DNA from: a candidate division FCPU426 bacterium
Lineage (GTDB): Bacteria > Oederibacteriota > PGYV01 > Palsa-1178
Reading direction: 5' to 3'
NCBI GenBank assembly: GCA_963840035.1
Contig: CAWIXE010000001.1
Coordinates: forward strand, 384,001 to 448,000
DNA length: 64,000 nucleotides
Made by a program: the position numbers and the translations under genes. The notes beneath the pieces were generated by a model. The model was not told where the DNA came from. It worked only from the letters and a program-made list of their open reading frames with translations, and made no database searches. Below are positions 60,991 to 64,000 of this stretch, one piece after another (the stretch's first letter is position 1; every line of letters starts with the position of its first letter).

Positions 60991-61613
60991 TGAAAAAACA
61001 TACACTCGACGAAAGAGAAACAGAAACACTGCGGCAGATTCGCAACTGGCTTATGAGCAAGGGCTACTCACCTTCGGTGAGGGATCTGACAAGTGCCCTG
61101 GGGTACAAATCACCCAGGTCTATCTCAGTCCTGCTCGAAAAGCTTACGGAAAAACAGGCTATAAAAAGGGATAAGGAAGGCAACATCCAGATTATCAATA
61201 ATTTCGCGGGAGACGAGTCCAGGGTGGCCACCACTGACATTCCGCTGGTCGGCTCGGTTGCCTGCGGAGCGCCGGTTTTTGCCGAGGAAAACATCGTGGA
61301 CAGGATACCCGTCGACACCAGGCTGGTAAAAGCGCCGCACCGTTATTTCTTTTTAACGGCAAAGGGCGATTCCATGAATTTAAAGGGCATTAATGAAGGA
61401 GACATGCTCTTAATCCGCCAGCAGAACACTGCCAAGGAAGGAGACATAGTCGTGGCGCTTATTAATGACGAAGCCACGGTAAAGGAATTTTCCAGGACAA
61501 AGAACCTGGTCATCTTAAAACCACATTCAAAAAATACGAAACACAAACCCATAATAGTCACGCAGGACCTTATGATACAGGGTATTGTCACTTCAGTAAT
61601 ACCTACCGCATAA
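60990..61613 (+). CDS. lexA: SOS repressor LexA
   Basis: wHTH PSVRDL...G.KS; cleavage site VACG; GDSM serine; ATVK lysine; adjacent to recA. Confidence 0.93.
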   Translation: MKKHTLDERETETLRQIRNWLMSKGYSPSVRDLTSALGYKSPRSISVLLEKLTEKQAIKRDKEGNIQIINNFAGDESRVATTDIPLVGSVACGAPVFAEENIVDRIPVDTRLVKAPHRYFFLTAKGDSMNLKGINEGDMLLIRQQNTAKEGDIVVALINDEATVKEFSRTKNLVILKPHSKNTKHKPIIVTQDLMIQGIVTSVIPTA

Positions 61614-61641
61614 AATCCGGCAGGTTCAAGGTTAATTATTT

Positions 61642-61666
61642 GTAGAGCGGCGGCTTGCTGCCGCTC
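61642..61666. repeat. Single GTAG-type REP
   Basis: GTAGAGCGGCGGCTTGCTGCCGCTC. Confidence 0.6.
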
Positions 61667-61750
61667 AAACGGCAGAAGTAATATATGGAAAACCCGCCAA
61701 AGGCGGTGTAAAACACGGAGTAAAGCCACGGGGCTTAGAGGGAGAGTACC

Positions 61751-62911
61751 ATGAGTGACGACAAGAAAAAAGCTTTAGAACTCGCGATTAGCCAGATTGA
61801 AAAGCAGTTCGGGAAAGGTTCCATCATGAAACTTGGAAAAGCGCAGGCAACAAGGGTCGAAACCATAACAACAGGCGCGCTCTCGCTTGACCTCGCCCTC
61901 GGCGGCGGCATACCGCGCGGCAGGATAATTGAAGTATTCGGGCCGGAATCATCAGGCAAGTCAACTCTCGCAATGTCCATCGTGGCAAAGTGCCAGCAAA
62001 ACGGCGGCAATGCCGCGTATGTGGACGCTGAAAACGCCATGGACGTTGATTACGCTAAAAATGTCGGCATAGACGTCGATAACCTGCTTATATCACAGCC
62101 GGACACCGGCGAGCAGGCGCTTGACATAGTGGAGACGCTTGTGCGCTCCGGCGCTGTTGATGTTATCGTGGTTGACTCGGTAGCGGCGCTTGTGCCAAAG
62201 GCCGAGATAGAAGGCGAGATGGGCGATTCCCACATGGGGCTTCAGGCAAGGCTTATGTCACAGGCCATGAGGAAATTAACAGCTATCATCAGCAAGTCAA
62301 AAACAATAGTAATCTTCATCAATCAGATAAGGGAAAAGATCGGCGTTATGTTCGGAAACCCGGAAACAACCCCGGGCGGACGCGCGCTTAAGTTCTATTC
62401 ATCAGTGAGGATAGACATACGCAGGGTGGAAGCCATTAAAAAAGGCGACGTGGTCGTAGGAAACAGGGTAAAGGGAAAGATAGTAAAAAATAAAGTGGCG
62501 CCGCCTTTCAGGGAAGCCATATTTGAGATCATATTTGGCAAGGGTATAGTTGCCGAGACAGCCATGCTTGACGTGGCAGTGGATAACGGCGTGCTTGAAA
62601 AATCAGGGACATGGTACATATACAACGGCACAAAGATAGGCCAGGGAAGGGAATCAGCGATTACTTACTTAACTGAGAATCCCGAGGTAGCCAGGGAAAT
62701 AGACAAAAAGACCAGGGAAAAATATTTCACCAAGGAAACCCCGGCGGCAAAGCCTGCTGATGAGGCGGACGATCCGGGAGAAATGCCGGAAGAGGATGAG
62801 GAAGTAAAGGATACGCCTGTTGCGGATATGTCCAGGGTGAAGACAAAGGAAGAGATGAAGGACGCGGCAAAGGAAGCAAAAGAGGCAAGAAAAGCAGCTA
62901 AAAAAAGGTAA
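61751..62911 (+). CDS. recA: Recombinase A
   Basis: [26 protein letters not shown]; long charged C-terminal tail. Confidence 0.99.
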   Translation: MSDDKKKALELAISQIEKQFGKGSIMKLGKAQATRVETITTGALSLDLALGGGIPRGRIIEVFGPESSGKSTLAMSIVAKCQQNGGNAAYVDAENAMDVDYAKNVGIDVDNLLISQPDTGEQALDIVETLVRSGAVDVIVVDSVAALVPKAEIEGEMGDSHMGLQARLMSQAMRKLTAIISKSKTIVIFINQIREKIGVMFGNPETTPGGRALKFYSSVRIDIRRVEAIKKGDVVVGNRVKGKIVKNKVAPPFREAIFEIIFGKGIVAETAMLDVAVDNGVLEKSGTWYIYNGTKIGQGRESAITYLTENPEVAREIDKKTREKYFTKETPAAKPADEADDPGEMPEEDEEVKDTPVADMSRVKTKEEMKDAAKEAKEARKAAKKR

Positions 62912-62924
62912 GTATATGGAAATA

Positions 62925-62964
62925 AAAAGGCCGGTTCCTCAAAGGACCGGCCTTTTGTTTTTTC
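62925..62964 (+). terminator. Intrinsic terminator after recA
   Basis: AAAAGGCCGGT..loop..ACCGGCCTTTT followed by a T-tract. Confidence 0.85.
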
Positions 62965-62976
62965 ATTCGGTTTAAA

Positions 62977-63028
62977 AATACTAAAGTAATACTTTAGTAT
63001 TGACATTGATGTTTTCCTCCACTATACT
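62977..63028 (+). promoter_or_regulatory. Promoter with a perfect palindromic operator
   Basis: AATACTAAAGTA-A-TACTTTAGTATT (62977-63001) overlapping TTGACA-17-TATACT. Confidence 0.75.
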
Positions 63029-63066
63029 TTTATTAAGGCCAGACGATTAAAAGGAGGTAAACAACA

Positions 63067-63315
63067 ATGCCAAGAGTCGTAACCTTTACGGTAAAGATTG
63101 AAGATGATAAGAGGGACTTACTCAGGGAGTATTGTAATAAAAGCGGCATTAAGATACAGAAGTTTTTAGGCAACGCGATTCAGCACGAAGTGGAGAGGGA
63201 AACCATGAAGGAAGATTTAATGATATATCAGGATTATATTAAGCGCGGGAAAAAGACCGCACGAAGCTATAGCCAGGGGGAATTTTCCAGGGAAATGGGA
63301 TATAAAATTAAATGA
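63067..63315 (+). CDS. Ribbon-helix-helix-like protein, putative antitoxin
   Basis: N-terminal strand TFTVKI followed by two helices; AGGAGG RBS. Confidence 0.55.
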   Translation: MPRVVTFTVKIEDDKRDLLREYCNKSGIKIQKFLGNAIQHEVERETMKEDLMIYQDYIKRGKKTARSYSQGEFSREMGYKIK

Positions 63316-63572
63316 CGGCAATGAATCTTGTGAGTTTTACACAGCAGGCAAAGTCTGACCTAAAAATACTCCATCCCGCGCCGGCGCAGGGTAAAGAAAT
63401 CGCAGACTATATCTTTAAAACCCTGAGCCGGAGGAATAAACCCATGGATGAGTACGAAGACACGTACAGGATTCAGGCAGACTTTTTTTGCTGTGTACAT
63501 TTAAATACGGGGATATATTTTGAAAGGGAAAAGAACGGGACTGTCATCATATCAAGGATAATTCAAAGATAA
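63312..63572 (+). CDS. RelE/ParE-like small protein, putative toxin
   Basis: VSFTQQAKSDLK start and terminal beta strands; ATGA overlap with the upstream gene. Confidence 0.5.
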   Translation: MTAMNLVSFTQQAKSDLKILHPAPAQGKEIADYIFKTLSRRNKPMDEYEDTYRIQADFFCCVHLNTGIYFEREKNGTVIISRIIQR

Positions 63573-63760
63573 CGGGAGCTTTTGTCTGTAATGGATTTAT
63601 TTGGCCTGCCACGGGATAGTATAATGCCTGCAACGCGGTTGGATATAATCCGCCCGCTTCAAAAACAACCCCAAAAAAAGCCTTTAAAACCCCACCTTTA
63701 CGGTATATAATACTCAAATGATTTTGCATTTTATGTAAAGGGAAAAGGAAAGGACAGGAA

Positions 63761-64000
63761 ATGAAGGCATTTTTTAAGGTTTTTTTCATCATTACAGCGG
63801 TCATACTTGCGCTTATTATTGCGGCTGTGGCCACTATACCATTATGGCTGCCTGCTGATAAGCTTAAGGACATGCTCGTGGAGCAGATAACCGCGCAGAC
63901 AGGCAGGGACGCGGTCATAGACGGGCTGAAGTTTGACATATTTAAGGGCATAGAACTGACCGGCGTCTCGCTTAAGGAGTCGGCAAGGTATAAAAAACGC
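63761..64000 (+). CDS. AsmA-like protein (runs off window end)
   Basis: MKAFFKVFF TM, then KLK..L.EQI...TGR...IDG. Confidence 0.65.
   Translation, partial: MKAFFKVFFIITAVILALIIAAVATIPLWLPADKLKDMLVEQITAQTGRDAVIDGLKFDIFKGIELTGVSLKESARYKKR

Overview
Chromosomal replication-origin region of a bacterium. It appears to be diderm (outer-membrane beta-barrels, TolB/OmpA, AsmA) but has Firmicutes-like neighbourhoods (efp-accB-accC-asp23-amaP-DUF2273, remB). Almost all genes from 1 to 41 kb are on the minus strand: dnaX, ffs, a gyrB-crp-HAD-adenylate cyclase block, gyrA, dnaN, dnaA with DnaA boxes on both sides, thiC/thiE, acc, efp, purC, recF, an IS30 element between two perfect parS sites, rsmG, two TolB-like genes and queA. 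Genes after about 41.3 kb are mostly on the plus strand: an HD-GYP/adenylate cyclase/TPR signalling block, duplicated TPR-DUF5683 plus propeller-lipoprotein pairs, rsmE, pmbA, aroE, a GT87, a DUF3142-like pair, lexA-recA, a putative RHH/RelE toxin-antitoxin pair and asmA. The most notable signals are: (1) a scrambled dnaA-dnaN-gyrA...gyrB operon containing a frameshifted, catalytically degenerate sensor pseudokinase; (2) a degenerate HD-GYP coupled to a cyclase; (3) an EF-P with an RPRL loop instead of PGKG; (4) a probably leaderless lexA with a non-canonical palindromic operator; (5) three layers of intergenic repeats (GTAG-REPs, RPE-like cruciforms and pervasive 7-mer arrays). All calls come from motif recognition by eye; no database searches were run.
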